Source of the DNA: Octopus bimaculoides
Lineage: Eukaryota
DNA length: 64,000 nt
NCBI RefSeq assembly: GCF_001194135.2
Contig: NC_068992.1
Location: 1,618,561 to 1,682,560, forward strand
Reading direction: 5' to 3'
The notes below the pieces were generated by a model, which saw nothing but the letters and a program-made list of their open reading frames with translations, did not search any database and was not told the origin of the DNA. Each line of letters opens with the position of its first letter. The first letter of the stretch is position 1. Positions 50,701 through 63,905 of this stretch are shown one piece after another. The translations under genes were made by a program, and so were the position numbers.

Positions 50701-52324
50701 TTGATCATACTAAGTATGAAAAGATAATGAAGCGCCTTCTATATTAGGCTACGCCAAATTTGATTACATATAACTAGACAGCCTACTTTGGTCTGGTACA
50801 TGACTCACTTTCATTTCGTACAGGTCAAATTTCCGTCTTGGTCGTAATATATATCACTGGGAACACTTAACAAGTGAAGTCGGAGTAACAGCACGTCTTC
50901 AAGTGGATTTGTTCGTTATCTGAAGTAATATTCAGAATATGGTACCGAAGTGACTCAGCAGAGAGATGAGTACGAGTTATATTAGGAGTAACAAGGCATG
51001 CATCCAGCGTAGTAATGGACTCAGGCTGTGCGCCCGTCCGGCTGTATAAACTGTATAAAGTGAAAGTGGACAGATAACATAATAGGTAAAAAGTAAATAA
51101 AAACTAGCTCTAAAGGGAGATCATGGAAGGAATATATAAGGAGGTATTGCAGATATAAATAATATTTATTTAATTATTTAATTAAAGTACTTGTCAAAAG
51201 GACTCAAATATACCGAATATGTTTCAAAAGTATGATATTAAAGTTCACGGGACACGAACGTACGAAGCTAGCGCAAGTATATCCCAGATAAAACATATCA
51301 ATCTATGACTTAAAAAAAATTAATAGCCATAAATGTTAATCCCGTCGTCGGTTCAAAAGACAGTGACTATTTATTCTTTAAAATCTCAATAGACTCTGTT
51401 TCAAAGATTACTTGGCGTTGAACCATCTTGATAAGACGTTCCTGCTCTTATAATAGAGTATATAACAAAATAATGAAGGTCTTGCATTTAGCAGAAGAAA
51501 ATCAACTAAGGTGGGCTAAAAGTATTCTCAGAAGTTATTAGCCGATCCAGTGTATATGTTAGAAGAATTTTAATATATATCATGTACAGTGCATCTATAG
51601 ATGGCATTATGCATCAAACAATAACCATTCATAGGGCATCTATTAGGTATTGTAAAATTGCATTTATTCAGATCCCTTATTAAATTACAATTATCGTTAG
51701 CCCTTTTGTGGTTATTATTCGTATTCATATTTCAATTAGTATTTATATTGTTCCTACTATTATTAATAATCGATATGCTGCTATTCAAGCTATGACTACT
51801 AAGAATTCCATTGTTCTTAACATGGATTTGACTATCGTTACAACCGCAATGAAATGGGTATCTTTTCATTGCTCTAATCAATATAGTTAATATGGTTGCT
51901 GTTATTATCACCATCTCTATTATTGTCACTATCAACATCGGCCCCATTTTCATTGATATTCATCCTATAATCATTTACACGAACAGCACTATTATCAACC
52001 AAATTAAAGGTGAGAAAATTCTTACCTTTTTATTATTATTAACATTTCTACTCACAAATTTACTTTTAGTTCCTGTGGGGTTTACACTGCTGATGACTTA
52101 TACCAGGGATGCATTTGCTATTCATATCATTATTATCACCAATCTCATTAACATCGTTATAGCTAACTCCAATTAATAATATCTAACAATTGTTATTGCT
52201 AGTTATTAATAAGGTTTATTATTAATACTATTGCCTTCGAAAAGCACGTTATTTATGTTCTTTGTTCTTTCATCATCATCGTCATCATCATTATTATTAT
52301 CATCATCATCATCACCATTGTTTT

Positions 52325-52630
52325 CAGACGAGTTTATCTGTTTGCTTGTTTGTCCGTGGACAGGATATCTCAAAAACCGCTAAAGAAATTCGGATGAAAC
52401 TTTCAGGAATGTTTGGCCTCAGGACTGGCACGAACAGATTAGAATTTGGGATCGATTCGTTACCGGACAAGGATTCTGGATTATTTTTCCGCTCTTTTTA
52501 CTGAATTTTTCAGAGCGGTCGGGTTCATTCTTAGTATTCTCATTTGTGAGAGCAGTTGAATTTATTGTTTATGTTCATTAGTTCGACGGTTCGTGTTGCC
52601 AATTGCTATTCACCTCGATTACATATCTCA
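52325..52630 (+). mobile_element. Non-autonomous Helentron/DINE-1-like element
   Basis: tctgtttgcttgtttgtccgt...gatatctcaaaaaccgct...ggatgaaactttcagg: a GTYT-type microsatellite followed by a core typical of DINE-1/HINE-like repeats (recalled). Confidence 0.45.
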
Positions 52631-53045
52631 TAATTTGATTTTGGACTTTTGGTATTAAATCAATTTATATGTCATCATTTTATTTACACATTTTGCCGTA
52701 TTCTTATAACCTCTGAACGTATATATTAATGTGCATGTCTACGTGTGTGTGTGTGTTTAAGTCTCCATGTGTGTGTGTGTGTGTGTGTCTGTGTGTGGTA
52801 TCACAATCTAAATGAAGCAACATATATTTACGTGTATTACATAATGCAAGCGTAATCTGATATATAACGCAATACCCTCAGTAGAATAGGGAAAATTAAT
52901 ATAACAATATCCTACTGTCAAGCGCACGCTGTTGATATCTTACACAGTTAGTCTTGGGTGAAACACAAACTACATCGTTTGCCTTCTGTATATTTGTGCA
53001 TGCTTATATGCATGTATATATATGTGTGTGTATACATATATACAA

Positions 53046-53077
<32 letters not shown>

Positions 53078-53234
53078 NNNNNNNNNNTAATATGTAATTT
53101 ATAATGTTTGATCTAATCTGGAGGATAATACTCTTCGTTTTCATAAGCTAACATGATCCAGTGTTACTAGTCAGTAAAATCTAACTTCTAATTCTCAATT
53201 AAGCATCGTTGATTAATATACAATTGCAACCACT

Positions 53235-53312
53235 TGTTCGAAATTCTTCAAAAGGTGCCCCAAAATGGCCGCAGCTCTTGCGTTGAAACTGATAAAGAAA
53301 AAAATGTGCTAC
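53235..53312 (+). mobile_element. SINE family C 3' tail fragment
   Basis: ttcttcaaaaggtgccccaaaatggccgcagc matches 57912-57945. Another tail piece lies at about 17147-17170. Confidence 0.6.
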
Positions 53313-55701
53313 GATTATCCATAACTTTTGTCTTCTTAATCTCTTGATAAGGGTAGCAATGTCACATCGCTCTTCCTCACGCTCATATTTATCTGATTAT
53401 TAAGCTACTTATAATGCAATATTTGAAAAAAGAGCTGAGTAAGATGAAGTTTTGCGGCGAACCGCTCAGCAATCCATTGCATTTCTAATCAGAATACGTT
53501 TGTTCATAAATTCAAAACAAACTTATTGCGATTAGTTGGATAAGCTCCAGCGTACAGGCTTTCCTGCCGATGTTTGTATTTTCTGTAATATATTATCGAA
53601 AAATACACAAACGCACAATTAATCAATTTGAAGAAATCGCGAACAAATCACTATTTATGCAAATTGAACAAACTGTCTGAGCAAAAATTCAATACATAAA
53701 ATTGCTATGTATATCTATTAACTCTATTTCTCGCTATGATATTCCATGTCTGTTATAAATCAAAGTAGATTTCAACTCTACTTCATCAATATCTGCTACC
53801 CACAGAGACAAAAAACAACATAAAAAGCAATGGCGCTGGTATGTTGCAAAATATTTTCGTATTTTTTTCTCCAGCATTCTCCACACACATAAATAGAAAA
53901 TATTCACTAACACAAAGATATATGCATACATGTGTAAATAAATGCGTATGAGAACATATATATATATGTTATTATTCAATTTTATTTCTAGATTTCTTGC
54001 CAATAAATAAAGAACCGGTTTCTAACCTAGAGCCAAGGATCCTTCATTGCAATTTCTTTTTGCATGTTTGTGTGTATATGCGTAATATTTGGAGTCAGTG
54101 CATGTGCAGGTTTTATGACATGTCTAGACATGAGTATATGTATTTTGTTCCATTAATGACTTCTATCAGTAATATCTTAGGTTTAGCTTTCACCCTTTTG
54201 GTTTTGAGAACGATAATTTCTCACGATTGATGCTGAAGCAGTTTCATACTTGCATCAGCGCTCCAATAATCATAGCTATAAATATGAACTTATGGTCCAG
54301 CTACAGTAGCTAAAAAAATGCCAATAGTTTTAGGTTGACATCCGCAGGGCATCTGATTTCCACTACTGTACATACTTACTTTTCTCCTTCTTAAACCATT
54401 ATTTCTGGTCTATTATGTTTCCATTGAATCAGCTGTAACACCCTAACGTCTCACCAGCGCCTCTTTCACTTTTGTGCATGAGGTATCTTGCCAACATAAG
54501 GACTACCTGGGGCTCAGCTAGAGAGGCCACCGCAAGGAGACGGAAATGTATCGTGAAATGATGAATGCAGCAACGCGCTGAAATGGCGCATGGCTCCCGC
54601 CCCTGCCCGAACCAGAGCTGACGACGTTTACTAAAACCGAACCTTAGAAGAAATCCCATTATCCTGATGCAGAAATATTTTTTCACTAAGAAAGCGAAAA
54701 ACAAGTACAAATTTTCTGGGCCACACTCATTCTACTTATCAATATTTCTTCCTTTAAACGTAAGAACCCAACTAAGTCACATTCACTGATGTATTCAAGG
54801 AACACAGCATCCACACACTAATACTCCTTTATTGTTTTTTTTTAAATCTTTTACCTGTTTTAGCTTATCCCTTGTCGCCATCTTCAATTATTTATAATTA
54901 TTTTTATATTTCTACATACCAAAGATTAAGAATTATCGCTTGCATTAGTTTCCTATATCCAGATATACGATCGTTCTCAGCTGTAAGAGTTTTTCTCTGC
55001 TTTTACGTCTCCTCCTTCCTTATTATCCTTCTGTTCTTCGCTTTCTTTAAATACTTCACCATATAAGAGTTCTCAGAAACAAAAAAAAAAACAAGGTTAT
55101 ACAACAATAGAAGCACTCCTCTTTCTGTTTACTTTCTTTTTCTATCTTTCTCTTTTCACTTATTTCATTATATTTCCGTCACACACTCATACCATTCATA
55201 TATCATTATTATTTGCTTTGTTTTATCTATATATATTATTTTTGAATATATTACTTGCACGCTTTAAAATTTTATATATTTTACTCTTTTTCGCTTTTTA
55301 ATTAAATTCTATACCTATTTTTCAATCCATTTTTTTTTTACTGCATTCTTTCTTTGAATATCTAATTATTTTAATAATCTGCACGCAAACAGTTTGCATA
55401 TGAACGCAAATATCTATCGGTTTCCAGTAACCAATCAAATTATGGGCTTTTTTTTCACTCTTCTCCAAATATTTTGCAGCATTTCAAAGGGTCTTAAATC
55501 GCACCTGGGTAAAAGAATCTTCATAGTTAATTCACTAAGTTGGATGAAACAGAAGGAGACTTTCGAACACCCAATAATTGAACTTTAAGTGTGAAATGAA
55601 TATTTTATGCACTGCTCTTTGTATTTCAGACATTTTAAGTGCATGTATGCAATAATTTACATACATATGTGTGTGTGTGTGTGTGTATTTATGGATATGT
55701 G

Positions 55702-55735
<34 letters not shown>

Positions 55736-55900
55736 TGCATGTATATTTCTCTGTGTGTATTTATGTATGTATATATATATATATAAGCACTAAACGTTTA
55801 TAGGGCATATTTTTCACAATCAATGCCACATTGTTATAGCGTTTTTACAGTATGTCCACGTTGAGCAGGATATACTTTGTACTATTTGGTACTAAAAAGA

Positions 55901-56045
55901 AGGCGTGTGGCTTACTGGTTAGGGCGTCGCGATAATGATCGTTATTGGTTTCGTTTCTTGGACCGTGCAATACGTTGTTTTCATCAGCAAAACACTTCAT
56001 TTCACCTGGCTCCAGTCAACTCAGCTGGTCAAAATTTGAGCATCC
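55901..56045 (+). mobile_element. tRNA-derived SINE family B, 5' part (CORE-like)
   Basis: aggcgtgtggcttactggttagggcg head, then gcaaaacacttcatttcacctggctccagtcaactcagctgg. Confidence 0.7.
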
Positions 56046-56351
56046 ATGTGACGAGCCGGTGTTCCGTTCAGCAGGGGAGCAATATGAACCGCATAGAATC
56101 CGAGATGGACTCTTGATCGATTTGCATTCTCACATCGACAAATGTTAGTAAACAGGTCGCGGTCTCAAAGCGACGAAAATATTTTGACAAATTAAATTTA
56201 AATGTTGAAGTGAATCTGACGGCTTTTGTGTGTTATTCTAAATGGCTTATAAACACCTTCCACGCTGCAATTGTTTATATATATATATATATGTAAATTC
56301 CTCTATTTCATAATATCGAGGTCTCGTTCTTTTGTTGTCATTTTATTATTA

Positions 56352-56400
<49 letters not shown>

Positions 56401-56418
56401 CTAATATATTCATTCACA

Positions 56419-56460
<42 letters not shown>

Positions 56461-56607
56461 TACAAACACACACATACACCTACTTATGCATATGTACTTA
56501 TACACGCATATGCGTATGCAGATATAGACATACGTAACATACCTACATATAATAATTATGCACCTACGTACGTATGAATGTATGTATATATGTATATATT
56601 AGTACCA

Positions 56608-56716
56608 AATGCAAATCGATCAAGAGTCCATGAATGTTCAAATTTTGGCTAGCTGATTTGACTGGAGCCACGTGAAATGAAGTGTTTTGCTGATGAAAAC
56701 AACGTATTGCACGGTC
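56608..56716 (-). repeat. Inverted copy of 55961-56128 with an internal deletion
   Basis: Reverse complement gaccgtgcaatacgttgttttcatcagcaaaacacttcatttcacgtggctccagtcaaatcagctagccaaaatttgaacattcatggactcttgatcgatttgcatt differs from the left arm by 6 substitutions plus one deletion between two ATG microhomologies. Confidence 0.92.
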
Positions 56717-56810
56717 TATGCTCATCCACTTGGACGTTAATTTCACGAGTAGGCTGTTCCGTTGATCGGATCAACTGGAATTCGCGTCGACGTAACCGAC
56801 GGAGTGCCAC
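56717..56810 (+). mobile_element. SINE family B 3' end
   Basis: cacttggacgttaatttcacgagtaggctgttccgttgatcggatcaactgg...gtaaccgacggagtgcca, recognised from a recalled octopus SINE consensus. Confidence 0.55.
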
Positions 56811-56857
56811 GAAGATATTTATCAGTAAAAGAGACATAAAATAATATTCTTTTCTTT

Positions 56858-56988
56858 TCTAGGCACAAGGCTCGACATTTTGGGGCAGGGAGCCAGTCAA
56901 CTTTGAACTCAGAACCTAGTAAAAAAAAAAACGAAATACCACGAAGCATTTCGCACAGCGAACTAAGGTTTCTGTCAGCTCCCCGCTT
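56858..56988 (-). mobile_element. SINE family A, internally deleted
   Basis: ggcacaagg...tttgaactcagaac...acgaaatacc...gtttctgtcagctccccgctt. Confidence 0.65.
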
Positions 56989-57390
56989 GAGACATATAAC
57001 AATATTGAATGTGACTAGGTAGAATGTTCCATGTTTTAGTTTTATAACACTTTGTAAAGTAAGTGAACAATAAATCCATAGGTACGTGGGTGAGGCGTAT
57101 AAAATTAGTAATCGATCAGTGACCGTCAGTTGAAGCACTTTAAGAGCGTAATTGACTGGGTTTTGTGAAGTCTGTTAGCAATACCTTGATTTATTAATTA
57201 AATCAGCCAGCTTATATCGGATTACAAAGGAGTCATAGATACATTGTACAATGTGTCTTTCGTTATGCAGCAGAAACAATTCAAGAGAATGGAATGATGT
57301 ATTTTTCAGTGTCTCTTGATACAGGTCTGAAACACGAGATCGAATGTGGCACAAACAGCATTGACATTTTAGTTAACATTTATAGTCACA

Positions 57391-57968
<578 letters not shown>

Positions 57969-58419
57969 TAAAACAAATCCGAGTAAGAATAAGTCTACCT
58001 CGTGTATTGATCTTTTAGAAACAGGCCTACCATTGGTCTCGAGACTGCTAAAGCACTTTTAAATAGAAGATCGGAAATAGATGATGCTTTGGTTATTGTT
58101 AGAAAACCTGAAGGCAGATTTGCTTGACAGAGAGAACAACTGATGTGCCAGTAAAAGAGAAATGTCAGCTTGTTAAACTGAAGAATAGCAATCAAGTTTC
58201 GTATTAATGGCATGGTTCTAAATAATGTGAAAGAATGGTATATTATCATTTTCTATTACTTTGGAAAATATGATCTCATCCTATTTCATGAATCCTAGAT
58301 TATATTTCCGGCTTAGGATCAAAGACATTGCTTTATAAAAGCAAGTAACCGAATGACCGACTGTAGCACTCATTGTTTTGTTGTTGCTGATGTTTTACTT
58401 CATGCGGTGTCGATGTTGT

Positions 58420-58640
58420 TGTTATTGTTGTTGCTGCTGGTGGTGGTGGTGGTGGTGTATATGGGATGGGGTTATGTCTTTGGATGCTGTACAAGAAATG
58501 TGTTATTATTTCTTGTCTTACATTTGGACATGTAATGTTAAATATGATGGTAGTAGTAGTGGTGGTGGTGGTGGAGGCGATGGTGGTAGTGGTGGTGGTG
58601 GTGGTGGTGGTGGTGGTGGTGGTCGTCGTCGTCGTCTGTG
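58420..58640. repeat. (GTT)n/(GGT)n/(GTC)n trinucleotide tract
   Basis: Seen directly. Confidence 0.95.
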
Positions 58641-59639
58641 AGAGGCCGTTGTTAATCTCTTTGTTCGCCATGATTTTGTTGTTTCTGCCGTTTCTGTTGT
58701 GGTGGTGTTGCTGCAGCTCCTACTGTTCGACATGTTATTGTTGTTTCTGTTATTTTATTTGCTTTCTCTTTCTTACTTTCTCTTTTTCGATGTCTTCGTC
58801 GGCGGAGGCGCGAGAGTCACTATCTCCATCAATTCCTTTGTTTTTGTTCCAATTCAATTGTTGTTGTATTTATCCCATTTGCCAGTTGCGTTGACATCGG
58901 TGGGTTGAGAATTGGGTGGTACTTTGACTTACATTCACCGTTATTTCGAAAGAAGGCATCAAGACTTCCATTTCAAACATTTTATAGACCTGTCTGCTTT
59001 CTAGCAAACATTTCCACATCATCTGATTTCTATTTAATGATTAAGTTCAAGAAAAACAAAATAGCGAGTTCTTGCAGAAGTATCAAAACAAACATTTCTT
59101 ACAATTCTGGTCTGTTTTGTAATGGAAGAGGCAAAAATAATTTGAAGAAAAGATTAAGGAAAAATTTAAAAAGTAAAGTGGGAAGTCTGTTCCAAGAAAC
59201 GCATCATTGATACAATAACAACAACACTAACAATACCATAAGTACTCGGGATTTTGGCACCCAGGTAACATAATCGAACCCAGTACACCAGATATCACTA
59301 TACATGGCATAATATGAAAGTGGCTCTGTGAAAGACTTTGCAATTACTTTGTAAGAAATCGTGTGACATGTGACCTGCTCATTTCGTTTATGACATAGTT
59401 ATGCTTGTGGTGCGAGTTGCAGGCCGCGGGCGCATTGAAAGACTTGCCTTCTTTCATGAACTACAATTGTATATTATCTCGTATGGTAAGATCCAATGCT
59501 CTAACAGGTTAACGAGAGCTTTTCAAACTGTTTTATAACACACAATCTAGTCATACGTGTAGGATGTCGTTCTTGACGAATATTATTGTTCAAGAAGAAC
59601 AGAATCCCATGTACACATCTTTGGTATTTAAGCCATATT

Positions 59640-59794
59640 TCAACAATAGTAAAGCAATTTAATGATGTGATGATATTGAAATAGACTTTGGCCTTGAGAC
59701 ATCTACTAAAATGACACACTTTAAAATTAAACGACTGGAAACCTGCAACATACAGTTTATTATGATTAAAGAAATTGATCCTGAAGTAAACTAA
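59640..59794 (+). mobile_element. Non-LTR RT fragment, R4/Dong-like
   Basis: TIVKQFN / DDIEIDFGLETSTKMTHFKIKRLETCNIQFIMIKEIDPE, compared with the recalled FSxDIxMxFGLDKCAK..NIxL..IKELDPE. Confidence 0.45.
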
Positions 59795-59806
59795 AAATAT
59801 TAGTTT

Positions 59807-60015
59807 CAAATTTTACAACAAAGCCAGTAATTCCTGCGGAGAGGATAAGTCGCTTACAATGACTGGTATTGAACTGGTGTTTATTGTATTGAACCTGAAA
59901 GGTTGAAATGCAAAATTAGCCTCGGTGGTGAATTTGAACTGAGAACGTAAAAGCAGACAAAATGCCGCTATGCATTTTACCCGGGGTCCTAACGGTTCTG
60001 CCAGCTCACCGCCTT
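59807..60015 (-). mobile_element. SINE family A
   Basis: gaaaggttgaaatgc...gcctcggtggtgaatttgaactgagaacgtaaa...ggttctgccagctcaccgcctta. Confidence 0.85.
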
Positions 60016-60100
60016 AACGCCTTAACTACCGAAGACCTGCAACATAGAGCTAGACAAAACTATCATAATGAAAAATTTCGATCCCGAAGAATACTACAAT

Positions 60101-60325
60101 TATTGGTTTAAAATTTCGCCACAAGGCGTGCAATTCCGGTGGTGGTGGTCGTGGGATACGTCAATTACATCGACTAGTGATAAACTTGTATTAATTTTCT
60201 GGAACCCGAAAGGATGAAAAGCAACATTGGCCTCGGCGATGAATTTGAACACAAAACATAAAGACGGACGAATTGCCGCTAAGCATTTTACCCGGCGTGC
60301 TAACGTTTCTACCAGCTCTCCGCAT
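60101..60325 (-). mobile_element. SINE family A
   Basis: cccgaaaggatgaaaagc...gcctcggcgatgaatttgaac...gccgctaagcattttacccggcgtgctaacgtttctaccagctc. Confidence 0.85.
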
Positions 60326-62345
60326 TAACGCCTTACTTTAAAAAAATGTTGCCAGCTGGCGACTACAGAGAATCAACCTCTCAGATACTGGCTGAGCGCT
60401 CCGTGCCATTAAAGTAATTAGCCCCTGAAACCGTGTGATGTCTCTGGTGGCAGAAGCTATGTGATGGATACAAGTGAAATGGCTGAAGACTGGTACCTTC
60501 CTTTTGGTCAGGTTTTACTTCAAAAGGAAATTGATGATAAAGATGGAGTGCTGACTTCCAGCAAATTCATTGGAGTGTGGATGCAAGCACCAAGTAAGAG
60601 AGAAGGTCAATAGGGTGCAATTGCCCTAGTGGTTGGGTCAGTGGTTTTGTGGGGCTCGCCTTATTATCCTTTGAGGATCGAACCATTAATATTAGCGAAT
60701 TATTTTGTTTGTAATTAATTTTTGCTAGCTTGTTTCTGCTATTTCACTATTTATCCACTTTTAAGTAAAGCCACATTTTATTGCCCTGTACGTTCCTCGA
60801 TTGTTTTGCGAACACATTAGTGGTCAATAAAAGTAAACATTATTATTTTTAATATTATTAATTATAATAGTAATGCAATTTTCATCTTTAAACAGCAACA
60901 TTGTAAATATATTACATGTTAGAATCTGCATATTCTAAAGTTGGACGTGAACATTCGCTGCTATATAAGTGTCTACAAACTCTTAATAAAAATATATTTG
61001 AATTTGTGGTTACAGTTTGTTACGTAAAAGAATATTATTCTATAGGCTACCCTACGTATGAAATAAATATTTTTTAATACTTTTCCTATACTTATATAAT
61101 CTTAATTTATTCCATTCATACGAAATATATTTCATTCATAGAGGAGAAATAAAAATAAAATAATTGCCCTACTGTATGAATAAAACTGAAATTTCAATAT
61201 ATAATGCATTATGTTTCCTCGAGTCTTTTTTTTATGAATGTGATATAAAGATTAGAATAAATTAGATTGTTGCCGACGCTAAATATATGTTACTGCAAAC
61301 TAGTTATGTTCGCCATTAACGTGATCAATATTATTGTTAGACATCAGTGGTGGAGGTTGAGGTGGTAGAGAAGTGAAAAAATATTGTTTATCTAAATTTC
61401 GAGCTCCATATCGTCATCGAATTTTCACACGTTTTTATCCTGGAAATGCATGAAATTAATATCATGATTTCAATTTATTTGGTCATAGCATTATGAGAAA
61501 AGATATCATGCATTTCAGGAATATGATAGATACTGTAATTAGCAGTGAACTAAAGGATCCACGATGTGAGAGATCTACCTAGATGTAGTAGCGCAAAATC
61601 TCTTCTATAATACCGTAATCCTTTAGAAAAGTAAGGAGCATACTAAACAATGTATCGGAATGATCCTCCCACCCCGGTTCATTCTTGATCATATTTGAGT
61701 TCTGTCAGATTCGAGTTGAGAATAGACAAGCAAGAAAACACAAATTGTGTGCATGTGCACTAGCGGTTATTTTGTGTAAATTTAAATGCATAAAAATTTA
61801 TGGAAGTTTCAGAAAAACAGTGTTTTATATATAGAGAGACAGAAACAAAAAATTCTGTTGCAGGGAAATAGTGATGTCGCAAATGAAGAAAAAAGATTAA
61901 AAAATAATAATAACCTGGCCATTTTTCAAATCAAATATCATTAACATTTTTTCTTCTCATTACCAAAAATTCCTTAAAATTTCACCTACATAAAAAAATT
62001 AATAAAAATATAGAAAGAATCAATAAGCAATCAATAGATTAAATAAAAGCGGTCACGAACATCAATATCACAAGATTATAGGAATCAATATATATAGCAG
62101 CCACTAGGAAAGAACTATATGAAAAGAAATAGAAAAGTAGGAGCAAACGTCTCTCACTCCTTAATGGAATCAATAACGAAATGACAAAATGTGTAAAACG
62201 GAATGACAAATATTAGTGAGAGACAACATAACAACAGAATTATCTTAAATCAAAGAACGCACAAAAGAAAAGACTCTTTGCGAGTGCTTATACCTAGAAC
62301 CGCGTACAGAGTTCAATTCCAGTCCCGAACGTTTTAAAATAAGGA

Positions 62346-63176
62346 TTAGTTAAATATATAACAAAGATGCTGCATGACCAGCAGGGGACTTCCATATATT
62401 TTAGGAGTGGGTATGGACGGTAAATCAAATACCACGGACGGATAAGTTAAAATAACAACGAGTATGTTAGTGTCATCAACTGTGCATGCCAGAAAGTGCA
62501 CAGTGGGTAGAAACTGTCCTGAATGCGCACATAAAGTGATCGAGTATTTCTGAGTATTGGAGTTATGTGGAACAATCAATCTCCCGTGAACACGAACAGC
62601 AGGCTGCGATCTTTTAACTTGTAGCTACGGTAAAAGAGGTTGGGTGGTGAAAAAACTTAAAGTACTGGACCCATATGTTGTTCTTCGGTCAAGCTCTCAA
62701 GGAGTTATTCGAAAGCGCAAAGAATATGAGTCGTGGCACAATGCGTGGGCCTGTAGAATGGAAAGAACCATAAAGGAGAAGGAGTGCCCTTTGTTGTCAG
62801 GATGATCCAGGATCCGTGGTGATCCTTGATTATCCTGTCTGGTACACTCGCTTATTGTGGAATTTTGCTGCTTCTTGCCTTCCTTGGGAACTATATATTT
62901 TAGCAACATTATGGAGATTGTATCATTCGTCGATACCATGCTATCGCTACAGATATCTTGTACTTTTGACGCTGGAAAACGAACCAGCAGAAGAGACTCG
63001 AGAACGAAACACACCGGTCCAGTTTTGTGTGAATCATTGTTTTGCTCCATACATATATAAGATTGTCTATAAAACATTAGCACCAACACATATAAACAGC
63101 ATAAAGTAATTTGAAATGCTAGGCATTGACAGCAAGACAATTGAAACCTGAAACACTTCGTATCAATAAGATACAC
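62346..63176 (-). mobile_element. Academ-like transposase (XPG/PIN-like region) remnant
   Basis: Two collinear minus-strand ORFs carry PRILDHPDNKGHSFSF (cf. FLxxxxNKxxLFxFL) and LACTVDDTNILVVIL (cf. RTVDTDVxVxxx). The family name is from recalled Academ architecture. Confidence 0.4.
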
Positions 63177-63469
63177 AGATCAGCTCACTGTTGTTCAGTG
63201 ACGGCACGCAATAATGAAGTGACAATAAGGATTCAGTGTTAAGTAAACAGTCAGAATGATGTATTAACCAGATTTAGCGCATTGTATGAAGAAGAGCCCA
63301 CGTAGCACGATATTTTAGTATGATAAGGAATTGAATCGCACTATCTTCATGGAAGTTGTCTAATAAATAGCTCAATCTTAGATAACCCTGATAATATAAA
63401 AACGTCCGTATTGCAATGTTTTGGGATATAGATGTGTCCTGTCAACGATGTACTGGAGCAACGTTAGGG

Positions 63470-63905
63470 TTCACATTGAAAGTCATCAGGAACTTGTTCA
63501 ACTGACAACTTGAATGGATTTCACACTAAATTCAACGCATCATAATAGAATTCTAGAAAGTATCTGCTGAATTTATTTTTCAGTGGAGACAAATGTTGCA
63601 TAATTTCATTTTCTGCAAAATTTTGGAAGCGTTTGGTCTTCATCTCCAGCATCATGAATTAATAACAGTTTCTCAAACATTGCAATATTTTTAACATTGA
63701 CCTTTCTCTTTCACTTTTCCAGTTTGCAGCACATGAAAGCTTTGAAGGAATCCATGAAACTTTGATGTTCGTGTTGCTCCATTGCATTCGAAGATTCAGT
63801 TTATTTAACTGTTCAAAAATGTCGAACTAACAGGCAAGGCGCATAATTCGTTCCTCGTAATCCAACATGAAAAATAAAACAATTTCTCTTATCCTGAACT
63901 TCAAA
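63470..63905 (-). mobile_element. hAT Buster/Charlie-type (ZBED5/SCAND3-like) transposase remnant
   Basis: RLAC*FDIFEQLNKLNLRMQ (cf. LAYLxDIFxxLNxLNLxLQG) and IMQHLSPLKNKFSRYF...NPFKL (cf. IxxHLxxLxxxFxxYF..NPF). Confidence 0.75.

Noticed and set aside
58018-58130. NRPTIGLETAKALLNR as a short-chain dehydrogenase exon
   Set aside because: The glycine motif is incomplete, the frame stops without a good donor, and there are no other SDR exons.
62590-62790. Plus-strand TAGCD...YGKRG XPG-like motif
   Set aside because: It conflicts with the longer collinear minus-strand ORFs and is flanked by stops.
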